Assembly: GCF_003918875.1 (NCBI RefSeq)
Contig: NW_025767705.1
Span: 186,001-250,000, forward strand
From: Haliotis rubra
Taxonomy: Eukaryota
Length of the DNA: 64,000 bases
Direction of reading: 5' to 3'
In this document: positions 1 to 11,582 of the stretch, piece after piece
Position numbering within the stretch: position 1 is the first letter of the stretch
Layout: each line of letters opens with the position of its first letter
Position numbers and translations under genes: made by a program
The notes under the pieces: model-generated
Seen by the model: the letters and a program-made list of their open reading frames with translations, nothing else
The model's database searches: none
What the model was told of the DNA's origin: nothing

Positions 1-310
1 TACATTAAATTGTTGCCATTCGATAAATAAGCAACGGAAAATTAAACAGAAATTATGTGATTGTAGGTAAGAGGATTCCTCACAAATGTGCAAAATTTGA
101 CTTGGATCTTACGAAAATTACATTCATGAAATTATTTATGCTACACTAAATTAACATGTAAGTCTATGGAAATTACGTCAAGTGTCCGAATACTTTTTTG
201 CACGACTCTGTAGATGCATAAGTGTGCACGCGCGCGTTGATTAATGTTCCAGCCACATGACGACGGTCTGTAAGTAATCGGACCAGATGAGTCAGTAACT
301 GACATTATGA

Positions 311-465
311 GTGAGTGAGTATGTTTACGCCGCTGTTAGCAATATTCCAGCAATATCACGCCGGGGGACACCAGAAATGGGCTTCACATATTATACCCAT
401 GTGGGGAATCGAACCCGTGTGATTTGGCTTGACAACGCTTTAACCACAAGGCTACCCCACCGCCC
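311..465 (-). mobile_element. SINE family A (tRNA-Asp-like head, ~160 bp, (ACTC)n tail)
   Basis: A/B boxes; TSD ACTGACATTATGA. Further copies at ~915-1055, 3698-3850, 6238-6393, 10070-10231, 24645-24795, 27612-27767, 30717-30883, 41033-41182, 42200-42350, 44340-44487, 52626-52745, 62501-62640. Confidence 0.85.
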
Positions 466-515
466 ACTGACATTATGATCAAAGACCTGTGCAGTTGGGA
501 TATGATGACATGCAT

Positions 516-786
516 GAGTGAGTGAGTGAGTTTAGTTTTACGCCGCACTCAGCAATATTCCAGCTATATGGCGGCGGTCTGTAAATAATCGAGTCTGGAC
601 CAGACAATCCAGTGATCAACAGCATGAGCATCGATCTGCGCAATTGGGAACCGATGACATGTGTCAACCAAGTCAGCGAAACTGACCACCCGATCCCGTT
701 AGTCGCCTCTTACGACAAGATAGTCGCCTTTTTATGGCAAGCACATGGGTTGCTGAAGACCTATTCTACCCCGGATCTTCACGGGT
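516..786 (-). mobile_element. SINE family B (no tRNA head, ~240-270 bp, shares 3' tail with family A)
   Basis: TSD TGACATGCATGA. Other copies ~1080-1310(-), 25286-25510(-), 27246-27485(+), 28230-28436(-), 30988-31213(+), 33574-33803(+), 47436-48015(+), 51795-52010(+), 52065-52254(-), 53348-54160(+). Confidence 0.85.
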
Positions 787-1358
787 CTGACATGCATGAA
801 CCATGTCAGCAGGCCGAGCCACCAGTCAGTCATCACCAACGACAAATATGGGTTGCTGAAGACCAATTCTAATCCCCATCTTCGCGGGCTTCTGTGTTTG
901 TGCAAGTGGATGTTTAGTTTACGCCGCTGCTAGTATTATTTCAAATTCGCGGTGGACACCAGAATTGGGTTTCACACTTCGTACCCATGTGGGGATTCGG
1001 ACCCTGGTCTTCGGTGTGACGAGCGAACGCTTTCACCACTAGACTGCCCGACTGTCCAGCAACCAAAAAAAAAAAGTTTATTTGTTGTTTAACGCTGCAC
1101 TCAGCAATATTCCATCTGTGTGGCTGCGGTCTGTAAATATTCGAGTCTGGACCAGACAATCCCGTGATTAATAATATGAGCATCGATCTACGCAAATGGG
1201 ATACGATGACGTGTGAACAAAGTCAACGAGCTGACCACCCGATCCCGTTAGTCGCCTCTTACGACAAGCATGGGTTGCTGAAGACCAATTCTAACCTGGA
1301 TATACACGGGTACCAAAGGAAGGATCATGCAGTCCATTATGAAGCTTTAAAGGCAAGA

Positions 1359-1597
1359 CCCGTGAAGGTCCGGGTTAGAATGAACCTTCAGTAAACCATG
1401 CTTGTCGTAAGAGGTGACGATCGGGTGGTCAGGCTCACTGACTTGGTTGACACGTGTCATCGGTTCCCAATTGCGCAGATCGATGCTCATGCTGTTGATC
1501 ACTGGATTGTCTGGTCGAGACTCCATTATTTACAAACCGCCGCCATATAGCTGGAATATTGCTGAGTGCGGCGTAAAACTAAACTCACTGACTCACA
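1359..1597 (+). mobile_element. SINE family B copy
   Basis: cccgtgaaggtccggg...gtcgtaagaggtgac...gctggaatattgctgagtgcggcgtaaaactaaactcac. Confidence 0.85.
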
Positions 1598-1805
1598 ATC
1601 CATTCTAAACTCTGTCAACCATATAGCTGGAATATTGCTTAGCGCTTCGTAAAACTAAACTCACTCACTCAAGTCAACACTGATCTTGCCACCGTTGTCA
1701 TCTGTTTAAAGTTCAACTTGACACTAAATTCCTGATATAATAACCAGCATGTAGAAAATATCCAACTCCAGTCCATAATACCAAAGCAACAGATTTTGTT
1801 GATTT

Positions 1806-1811
1806 TTTATT
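1806..1811 (-). terminator. Putative polyadenylation signal AATAAA of the homeobox gene
   Basis: tttatt on + strand ~410 nt past the stop codon, after an AT-rich 3' UTR. Confidence 0.4.
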
Positions 1812-2216
1812 ACTTAAATATACATACTGATCGAACTGTATGAATAAAAATCCGTAGCAAAAATAAATATGTTGAATAAATTAAAACACATGTACAAATA
1901 CGCATGCACATGTTATATGGGGATTGCAATTTGGTTGCTAATAAATACTACAATAATAGGAACTTAATACGACAGTTGTACAAATTAGCTAAGAGATAAA
2001 CTAAAGTAAATGTTAGTCACATAGCAGATAGTTGCTCTAAAACTACAAACACGTTAGCACAAGAATGTACACATTGTTGACAAGGATGATTTTTCTGCCC
2101 CAAATATACTTCAATGTCTATTAGTCACTATAACGATGTTTAGCACTTGTGGGTTTTCAATTAGTGGTAAGTACGTCACACGCGTCGTAGACGATGTTGC
2201 AATGACGTCGCTTGAG

Positions 2217-2573
2217 TTACTGCTGCTTGTGGGCTATGAATGAATACAGCCTCTGGACCTGACTCTGTTGGGGGGTTAGTTGTTGGTGGGGGAAGGTCGG
2301 ATGCTGGTTTGGGGCACCGGGTAGAGACCCCCCTGGGTGCATCATAGAGCCAGGGGCACCTTGGGGGTAAGGGAAGATTGGGCGTGGCATCATCTGGGTT
2401 GCCTGTCCGGGGGCCATCATGGCGTTCGGTGGGAGGAAGGAGTACGGGGATGCGGCCGACATGAGAGCTGACATAGGCTGGGCGCTGTACGGATTCACTT
2501 GCGGTAATGGGGTTGACTGCTTGTTCTGTTTAGCTTGGCGTCTCATCCGGGCACGTTTGTTCTGGAACCACAC
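2217..2573 (-). CDS. Homeobox gene terminal exon: helix 3 VWFQNKRARMRR plus P/Q/M-rich tail
   Basis: Acceptor ctccag|GTG; WFQN.R motif; ends in TAA. Confidence 0.9.
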   Translation of the reverse strand: MWFQNKRARMRRQAKQNKQSTPLPQVNPYSAQPMSALMSAASPYSFLPPNAMMAPGQATQMMPRPIFPYPQGAPGSMMHPGGSLPGAPNQHPTFPHQQLTPQQSQVQRLYSFIAHKQQ

Positions 2574-5500
2574 CTGGAGCAGGACCGAAATGTTTCATGA
2601 AGAGGATATAATAAGCAGGAAACGGGATACATCAAGAACTTGTTATTGTAATAATGATATTTTATGTTACAAACGAGTGGGTGAGTACTGCTTTACACCG
2701 CTTTTAGCAATATTCCAGCAATATCATGGCGGGGGACACCAGACACCGGCTTCACACAGTGTACCCATATAGGGATCGAACCCGGGTCTTCAGCATGGCG
2801 AGAGGACGCTTTAACCATTAAGCTACCCCTCGGCCCCTGTTACAAACGAGCGAGTGAGTTCAGTTTTACGCAGCTTTTAGCAATACTCCAACAATATCAC
2901 CGCTGGGGATACCAGAAATGGGCATCACACATTGTACCCATGTGGGGAATCGAACCCAGGTCATCGGCGTGACGAGAGAACGCTTTAACCCCTAGGCTAT
3001 CCCACAGCTCCTATACAAACGAAAGACACTAAGGAAACTAAGAAGTTGCTTAGCAACGTAAAGAAAATATCAGATGCTAACCTTTCATATGAACTAAAGC
3101 TTAGTCGACTGCGTTCGTCACCCATACAGATTCACTTACAAATACATGTCTCAGGTAGTTTCAGTGACATAACTTACCCTCAGCCGCTGGTCAGGGATGT
3201 CCAGTTCTCTGGCCAGTCTGTCTATGGTGTCACACTCAGGGTAGGGGTTCTCCATGTAGACCCTCTCCAGCGCCCGAAGCTGACCAGGGTGTAGCTGGTG
3301 CGAGACTTCTTCTTGTAGGACCCCATGTCAGGGTCGGGGTTGGGCCTCTTGCTCCTGGGGGGCGCCAGTAGACGACGAGGATGATGCCGTGGAGGAGATG
3401 GAGGTGTCGCAGATGGAGCTGGTAGATGAACACCTGGATCTCATCAAGGAGGTGTCACTCAGACTGGAGTTAGAGTCCTCCATACAGGGTAGCTGTGATG
3501 TGGTGAGCTCGGGACTACTTCTGGATTCAATGGATGAGGATGGAGAGTCAGTACTGGAGTTGACGTCGATAGCAGAGTCATCTGAAAGGACGATGAAAAA
3601 TAGAATCGTTATATTATTCTTGAGTTCTTAGTACGAGATTTGACTCTACTCTCTTGTGTGATGGTCTACCTGTATGTCGTTAACACTTCAAGTACGGTGA
3701 GTGAGTTTAGTTTTACGCAATATTTCAGCAATATCACGGCGGGGGACACCAGAAATGGGCTTCACGCATTCTATCCGTTTGGGGAATCGAACACGGGTCT
3801 TCGGCGTGACGAGCGAACACTTTAACCACTAGGCTACCCCACCGTCCCCATTTCAAGTACAAATACGATTAAATACTTGGGGTGGAAAGGGTGCCCAGCG
3901 ACCCCTGGCGGTCTTTATAACTGAAATGCTAGTCGTTATGTTACAATAGGTGACTAGACACATATGACTTCGTACCAATAGAGCGTTTGTCGTTACTTGT
4001 TTGACATGCCCAGTTTCAATTATTTGTAGGTCTCTGTGATATATGTCATACTTTGTTGACGATCACATGAAACATCTGTACACCCTCTACCGTTATTGCT
4101 TTCTTTAAAAGAGAATCCATTGAACATACCCTTCCCAGTACATGTTGGACTCGGGTTTGAATCTGGGGATGATGAGAAGGGAGGTAACTGCGTGTTGCCT
4201 ACTGGTATCTGCTGGGTGAAGAAACTGGGCGACATGAAGATGTTGTTGGAGAAGATGGATGGGTTGACGGGATCCCGCTTCTCTGGTGTTGGTTGAGCTG
4301 GAACGTTGGACGGTAGACTCGCAGTGAAGGCATCTGGTGGTTTTGATTGGTCGTGGAGCCTGGAAACCATGTGCTGGTGCTGGAGGTTCGGTTGACTGTC
4401 CATGGACTTCGGGAACTCACTCAGAAAGTAACTCAAAGCATCAGCCTGGCTTTGGAGATGTGGTTCTGCTTTTACTGTCGGGACGGGTGACTCCTCTTGT
4501 GGGGGCTGCTTATCGTTGGATTCAGACGGGACCTTTTCTTCTGTAGAGACTTGTGGCATTTGTGGTTTGGGATCTGATGCAAATCCTGAGATAAGGCTTG
4601 AGTTAAATGGGTGCTGGAAGGGCTGGCTGTAGGGTGTACTGTTGACCCAGGGTAGGGAACCGGGTGGAAACATTGGCGGGTATCCGTTGGTGAGTCGCAC
4701 TGGCTTGGGGTGAGCCAAACCACTTGAGGCGATCTTGGCAGATGAGACATGCTGTTCCCAGAAGTTTACTGGATTTGTAGGGGGGTCTTGGTTGGGTAGG
4801 GAGCTGTAGGGATGATGTCCCGAACTGGAATCAGATGGAATATTATCGGAAACAGATTGTCGGTCGTCATCGCTGGTGTCGGACTCAGATGACTGGCTGC
4901 TGGGTGGTTGAGGGGTGTTGGGCTCGGAGTGCGAGTCCGTGGACTCTCCCTCGTGCAGCAGGAGACGTGTGGAGTGAGTCTGTTGAACTGTTTGGTGAAT
5001 CGGAGGCTGTGGGACTGCTTGGCCGTAGGCGATGGTTGAGCTGTGGTCAGCTGAGGCCAAGTCGGGCACCTGTCCGTCGTGTTCTGTCTTATGTGGCATC
5101 CCAGATAGAGTACTATTGATCAGATTGTTCAGCTGCATCTGGAGGTTGGTTTGGCTGACATTGTCCTCGCCGGCCGGAGACGGCTTGACTCGGAGACCTT
5201 GTCTTGGAAGTGTTGGGTCTCTCTGTTGTCTTCGGTTCTGCCACACGCTGTGTTGACGGTCGGGCTATGATTGGTTGTACCAGATAGTTGAGTTACGGAA
5301 TTCGCTGGCAGCTGGGGTGGTGTTGAGCCAGAAGGGACTGATGAGGTGACTGGGCTGAGGAACTCGAGTGGGCTGTGGTGCCTTGTGCTGTGACAATGAA
5401 CTTTGGACTTGGGATAACTGAACAGACTGGGTCTGAGACTGGTGCGCAGACTGGACTTGGGACTCGGGTTCGGACTTGACTTGGCTCTGGATATCAGACT

Positions 5501-7664
5501 TGGGTTGATCGTGTATGACGGACTGAGATGTAAGCTGGAACTTATTCCAGGGCTGGATGGAATGGTGAATCTGTGTCTGACTGGGAAACGGTCTTATTTG
5601 TGGCTGGTTGTTTGATTGTAGGGGAGGACTTGGCTGCGATTGGGCCTCGGGGGTCTGGGGCTGTTGCTCTGGTTCTATCACTTCTTGATCCCGGGGATGT
5701 TCGGACGACTGGGGTTGGTGAGTCACAACTTGTCCGCTTGACTGAAAGTGAGGTAAATGATGCCTGAAGTTGGCGTAATCTGCAGCACAGAACGTGAAGG
5801 ACTGTCCGGGGTTGCCAAACAACGTATTCTGCACACTCCTTTGAATATCCGTGTGAGAGGGCACCGTCACAGGCGTGTATGTCATGCTGGTGGGAGGAGC
5901 GTAAGTCGTGCCAGACGTCGCAGACAGATAATCGCTGTAGAAGGTTGCGGGGGCGACGTCTTTAACAATGTCAGACATCGTGGTGATGTCGTCTATGGTC
6001 TTCGCGTCCAGAGTTAGGTGGTCGGTGTTCTGGGTCCAAATCGTCTGCTCGGTTTCCTGGACACGAGGAATGCCCTGTTCAGTGTCGTCTGCTTTGTCGC
6101 CCAGAATTGCAAGCCATGGCAGGAGGTCGGAGCTGTTGGTGTAGCTGAAGTGAGGAGCTAGTGACGCTGCAGCGATGGACGGAGGCTGAAACATTAGAGT
6201 TCAAGATTTAGATAAATCGGCCGAATATTCGCTTAATGGCGAGTGAGTGTAATTTTACACTGCTTTCGGCAATATTCAAGTAATATCACGGCAGGGACAC
6301 CTGGGCTCTATTACAGTGTAGCCATGTGGGAAATCGAACCCGGGCCTTAGGCATACGAGCGAATGGTTTAACCACTATGCCATCCCACCGCCCTATTCGT
6401 TTAATAGTACATCGTAATGTCAAAGGTCTTGTATATTGGAAAGTATGTAATGTAGAGCACGATTATGTGCATGCTGCGTTGTGTGATCATGTAAAGTGCA
6501 AAATACGTAATGAATCTCAAGTGGTGAAGCGTCATTAAATTAGCCATGCACATTTTCAGATATTTGAACGATCAGTTTTACCTCGCAATGTAAAATCCAG
6601 GAAACGAGATATTGAGCAGCAATTACAGATTGGTATGATACTATTTCGTATTTTACACAAGTAGCTAACAAAAACATTAATTCTTGGACAAAGTGGAAAT
6701 ATTTTGTATTTCTTTGGTAAGAACGTTTTAATGCAAAATTACGATTGATCTCATTATGAAATTTCTGTACGTGTTATCTTATCATGAAATTCATGATCGG
6801 TCCTCTAAAATATTATGTGTGCTGGTCATTTTGAGTTGATCTTGGACAAAAGCTCTGAAGTTGGCGATTCAGTTTTCGTGCTGCATGTCCACGAGCGCAT
6901 GGAGACAGCATGCATCTCGGGTGTAGGGGTGGTGTCAAAAGCAGAAAGTGATAATTATGACTCGTTTGATATCGCTGACAATGCTTTGATTTGATTTGAG
7001 TTCAAACTCTCCCCGGACAAGTTCAGCTATTATGATCATTCAATAATTACACCACTAGAAAATGCTGAACGTGGAAGTGACTCAACTGATGAACTCATTT
7101 CGAACGCCACCATTACTGAATCCGACTTACCTGGCAGATGTTGACACCCGCACCTTCGTGATGAGATTGAAACTATAGTCTTTATCTGATAACAATTACC
7201 ATTGGCCCAAACCAGTGGTTAGTCATATCTTTACTACAAAATTAACCGAATTTATGTTGAAATAGTTTTTGCACTGTTCATGCACACATTACAGAAACAG
7301 TCAACGAAAAATATTTTCGGGCAATTTCTGACACAAATTATTGACATCCATTTTTAACCTTGAAGGGAGATAACTCTGGTAAATTCAGTTGCTGTTATGA
7401 ACAGATACCAAAGATATTTTATCATATTAACAATAAAGGATGTTTATTGGCTTACCTTGTGAAATTGACGATAAAAGTAAACATATTATGTATATGACCA
7501 AAATATCCAGCAAACGTATGATGTAATAATCCAGACGTCAGCCTGATGTAAATCCAAGTCAATCCCCAGGAAAGGTCAATACTATTTACATCATGCGCTG
7601 TCACCCACATTTTTATTAGCCAATGAAAACCGAAGAGACAACTTACCTCGCAGTGCTCTTCCAT
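2217..7664 (-). CDS. Divergent PRD-class-like (Q50) homeobox transcription factor gene; exons 7664-7647, 6185-4130, 3581-3178, 2573-2217; ~944 codons; frame disrupted (pseudogene or assembly indels)
   Basis: Reconstructed homeodomain KKKSRTSYT(P)GQLRALERVYMENPYPECDTIDRLARELDIPDQRLR|VWFQNKRARMRRQA has R5, L16, P26, W48, F49, Q50, N51, R53. A phase-0 intron lies between codons 46/47, typical of PRD class. All introns are GT..AG with matching phases (0,1,0) and the exon sum of 2835 nt is divisible by 3. In-frame stops at 5265-5267 and 3328-3330. Confidence 0.8.
2678..3005 (-). mobile_element. Two tandem SINE family A copies in the homeobox intron
   Basis: Separated and flanked by repeated TACAAACGA target sequence. 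Confidence 0.85.
3178..3581 (-). CDS. Homeobox gene exon: Ser-rich tract plus homeodomain residues 1-46
   Basis: Acceptor ctttcag|AT, donor AGG|gtaagt; encodes DDSAIDVNSSTDSPSSS... and helices 1-2; indels at 3357-3362 and 3287-3289. Confidence 0.8.
4130..6185 (-). CDS. Homeobox gene large 2056-nt exon, Q/P/S/T-rich low-complexity region
   Basis: ORFs 5265-6194 and 4020-5246 are in the same frame, separated by one TAG; acceptor tttcag|CCT, donor AAG G|gtatgt. Confidence 0.75.
7647..7664 (-). CDS. Homeobox gene putative first coding exon (MEEHCE)
   Basis: ATG ~70 nt downstream of TATA/Inr, strong donor GAG|GTAAGT, phase 0 matches acceptor at 6185. Confidence 0.55.
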
Positions 7665-7729
7665 TTGGTTGGTCAGAATATTTCAGCTTGAGCAAGTGAG
7701 TTGTTTTCGAAGTGTAAGAAATCACAAGT

Positions 7730-7765
7730 TGAATGCTTGTTGTGAACTCATCTCAAATATTTATA
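7730..7765 (-). promoter_or_regulatory. TATA box (TATAAATA, 7765-7758) and Inr-like GCATTC (~7734) of the homeobox gene
   Basis: About 31 nt TATA-to-Inr spacing, just upstream of the ATG at 7664. Confidence 0.55.
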
Positions 7766-10700
7766 CCCAGGAGGACTGTGTTGACATTTTCTCAAACATG
7801 TCACTTGGCAGATGAGTAAAATACCTAATGGAGATGATTAGAGTCGTGTTGTAATTGATTGGCGTTTCGCGAATTGCATGAAGTGTGTTGTTATAACGGC
7901 CATGTCAGTGATTAGTGTATTGTTTACCATCATCTCAATAACACTGTTACCGCCATTGTGAGTTAATCTTGTCAGCCGAGATGTTTTTGTATGAGTAACT
8001 GGATGATTGATAGAATTAACAGAAACTTAGCATTGTCGGTACAGGCCATTTTTAAACAAGGTGGCAGGCTAACGTAAAATATATCTTGACATTTTCGCAA
8101 ATATTTCGTATGATTTTATTCATGGAATTTGACATATTTCATCATGAAAGGAAAAATGTTATTGTATTTTTCTTTAGATTATTTACTAGCGCTTGTTAAA
8201 AGGTTTTTAATCAACATATGGAGAATGAATTTTAATCGTTATCGTCAGGAATGGTCGGGTTTTGTGGGCGATGACTTTCACTATATTCCCGTGAAATGAA
8301 CACGATACCCCCGAGTGACTCTGCACGTGCAGCATGACTTAATCGGTCTGATTGTGGGGTCGTGAGGGAAGATTTCTACAACCGGACTGAATCGGTGCAG
8401 AGATGTATCAACCCCATGAACGGTTACACTGTCACACTGTGACGATAGGTTTACTATATTTCTTTGTTTTAAACTTTTATTTATTCACGAGAGTTAATTA
8501 GGATTGGTGAACAAGCTTTACAGCTTATGTTTACACCGCTCCCATGCAACATATATAATACAAAGTAAACTGAAGAATGTGACGTCATCGATACTGATTA
8601 TTATATAAATAATGTATATTTGTATTGCATCAAATACAAATACAACTATTCTCTAAGTAAACAGAAAGTTACGTTTTGTGTGTCTAACGAGCCATTTGTA
8701 AAAATGTAAATTAATCATGAGCTTTTTGTTCAGTTAATTTCATTATTTTTATTATAATATTATTATGAATAATACTAAATGTTATTTACTAGTATTATGC
8801 TTCTTTCGAAGAAGCAGGTAGCAAAGGTACTGTAAGTCCCCATGGTCCCTAATATGGTGATCTACCTTCAGTTGTTGGCGATCTATAGCCTATTTTGATA
8901 TTGTGCTGTCCCCTATAGTTGAAATGTTGTAGATTTAATTACTAGTTTTAATTTCAAATCTGTGATAATCTAGTTATTTTACTGTCCTTCGTTGACAGGT
9001 TTTTACAGTTTACCATTACTTACTATGTAGAAAATTAATTGTTCTCGTCACGATATGGCTGAAATATTGCCGATGTGACGTTAAATTTTAACTCAATCAC
9101 TCTTTCGAAGAAGGAATATCGTTTAGCGAATAGACACAACATAAATAGGTTGAGTATAATTGGATGCAAAGCCCTTCGCTGTAGTACACATACACTTTCT
9201 CGTTAGATATCATTCATTTCCAAAAATTGGTGTGGGTGGTGGATGGGGTGTAAACTAGGTCTTCAGCATGACGAACTGATGCTTCAACCAGTTACAAACT
9301 AAGGGAACAAAGGAGTATGTTATATTTGGGATCACACTTTCTTGGTAAAATACAGATTCTATTAGTACTTTAGTCCGCAGTCCAGACTACCAGTTGTCCG
9401 ACTTACATTTTTGCGGAAGGGGCGGTGGCTGAGCGGGTTAGGCATCATACTTTGAGTGCTGGCGATTAGGTGTGGGTTCGAATCCAGGATTGGACCCAAT
9501 CCAACAAAAGTACAAGAATCTGTACTTTACTAAGAAAGTGTGATCCCAAATGTAACATATACTACATTTGACCAGATGCTTGATTGGCATTTTAGAAGAT
9601 GATATTTGATGAACATAGAGATGTTTTCTGGGTTACATCTTCTTTTTATTCTCGAGTACAACGTTTCAGGGCTTGTTTTGGCCCCATCATCAGGTAAAAC
9701 TGAACAGTATCTGTTAACTCTGGCCGACGACGTGACGTCACAATGCTATGACGACGCAATACATGTGGTGGTCAATAGATACAGATGACATGGCTAATAG
9801 AATACATGTTATTATGAATATATAAGATGTCGTTTAATTACTGCAAAATTCAATGGCATTGTGTGATCATAAGATAACAAAGAATTTGCTTGGAAACGTA
9901 AAGAAAATATCAGATAGTTCTCCAACATGTTCCATTTGTATTATGACAAACAGCAACAACAACCAAACCCACAAGAGCAAGCCCCAAACAGTACGGCATC
10001 AGTGTATCTTCATGGGCACACTGAGATTGGGGGATTTTTGGGACGCTTCACATATTTTATGTTGTTTCAAGTGAGTGGGTTTGGTTTTACGCCGCTTTAG
10101 CAATATTCCAGCAATATCACGGCGGGGGACACCAGAAATGAGCCTCACACATTGTACCCATGTGGGGAATGGAACCCGGGTGGCCGGTGTGACGAGCGGA
10201 CGCTTTAACCACTAAGCTACCCCACCGCCCCATGTTGCTTCGAAGTCAACGGAAGCTGGTGTCTTTTTAAGATCTCATTGAACAATTCTTTTATCTTGGG
10301 AGCTTTTGAATTATTTCTCCGAGCAATACCATTATCTACGCCTCAGGTTACTGTGAAACACATAACACAATATTGAAGACTATAACTTTCTGTTTCAACT
10401 GGACTCGTTGGGATACCTGTTAGAAATTTGTCCCCCAACAACCCCAGCTTGTCTGAAAATGGGGGCGGTAGTGTTACCTAGTGATTACAACATTCGCTCG
10501 TCACACCGAATTCCTTGGTTTGGAATTTTTGGAATTCCTCACATGGGCACAATGTGTACAGCCAATCTCTACTGTCCCCCACCTTGTTATTACTGGAAAA
10601 TCGGCGTAAAACAACATTCACTCGCTTGTCGCTAAAAGTAGACTGAGCTGATCAGATGACTTCGTGGATTGCGTGTCACTGTAACCCGACGATGCGGACT

Positions 10701-10894
10701 GTTGGTTTGTGTGGCCCAGACTCGGATCATTTACTGACTGCTATCTTGAAGCTAGTCTGAATACTGGAATATTACTGCGAGTGGCCCTAAACATTAAACT
10801 CAGATGCTGTAGGTGTATAAGTATATGGTCATTCACTTACCGACATGTAACAGAAGGCAACTTACAAAGAAAACAAACAAAATCAGTAATTAAA

Positions 10895-11579
10895 AAAATT
10901 CTAAGGACAAAATATGTTCTAGGTAATGTAATAAACGCACACGCACACACACACACGATTATTTCGCCCGCAATTCATTTAAGAAATAACTTCAAACACA
11001 CATTAAGGGAATCTGTAGTTTCGTCAAAAGGAAATCAATGAAACAAACAGAAACAAATAATGATAGAAGTAATAATACTCCCACTTTAAATTACATCCTA
11101 TATATACACATGTGTGCAGTATGCAGTCAAAATGTTCACATAAATCTGTTTGTGAATTAGCTCCATGTGAAGCCACAAATCACGCTCGATATCAAGTGTA
11201 CAGGCGAGTACCAACATCGTTTGTTTTTAACTGTTTGCACACAATTTTAGTCATCTCGGAGAAGGTAAGTCCAGAGAGGTGCAAGACTTTGGTGTATAGC
11301 ACTTTGGTGAGACCCAGTAGTACAGGGAGACCCAGTAGTGCAGGGAGACCCACTAGTGCAGGGAGACCCAGTAGTGCAGGGAGACCCAGTAGTGCAGGGA
11401 GACCCAGTAGTGCAGGGAGACCCAGTAGTGCAGGGAGACCCGGTAGTACAGGGAGGCCCAGTAGTGCAGGGAGACCCGGTAGTACAGGGAGACCCCTCTA
11501 GTACAGGGAGACCCAGTAGTACAGGGTGACCCAGTAGTACAGGGATGGCGCCATCAAACCAAGGATCATAATCAAGACT
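10895..11579. repeat. Left arm of inverted duplication (right arm 13841-14324)
   Basis: Reverse-complement identity, visible as the twin ORFs [12 protein letters not shown] at 11112(+) and 14091(-). Confidence 0.9.
11309..11543. repeat. 18-bp minisatellite (GAGACCCAGTAGTGCAGG), ~13 copies
   Basis: Direct reading. Confidence 0.9.
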
Positions 11580-11582
11580 ACG

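Noticed and set aside
479-1608. Cluster of 60-86-aa ORFs
   Set aside because: All derive from SINE family A/B copies and recur wherever these SINEs occur
5265-5267. Programmed stop-codon readthrough as the main explanation for the broken homeobox ORF
   Set aside because: The second stop (3328-3330) is clearly caused by frameshifts, so error or decay is more parsimonious; readthrough is kept only as a minor alternative
7131-7545. Extra homeobox exons suggested by strong minus-strand donors at 7131 and 7456
   Set aside because: Candidate exons shift the frame or contain a stop relative to MEEHCE|PPS; they could be alternative 5' UTR exons but cannot be supported from sequence alone
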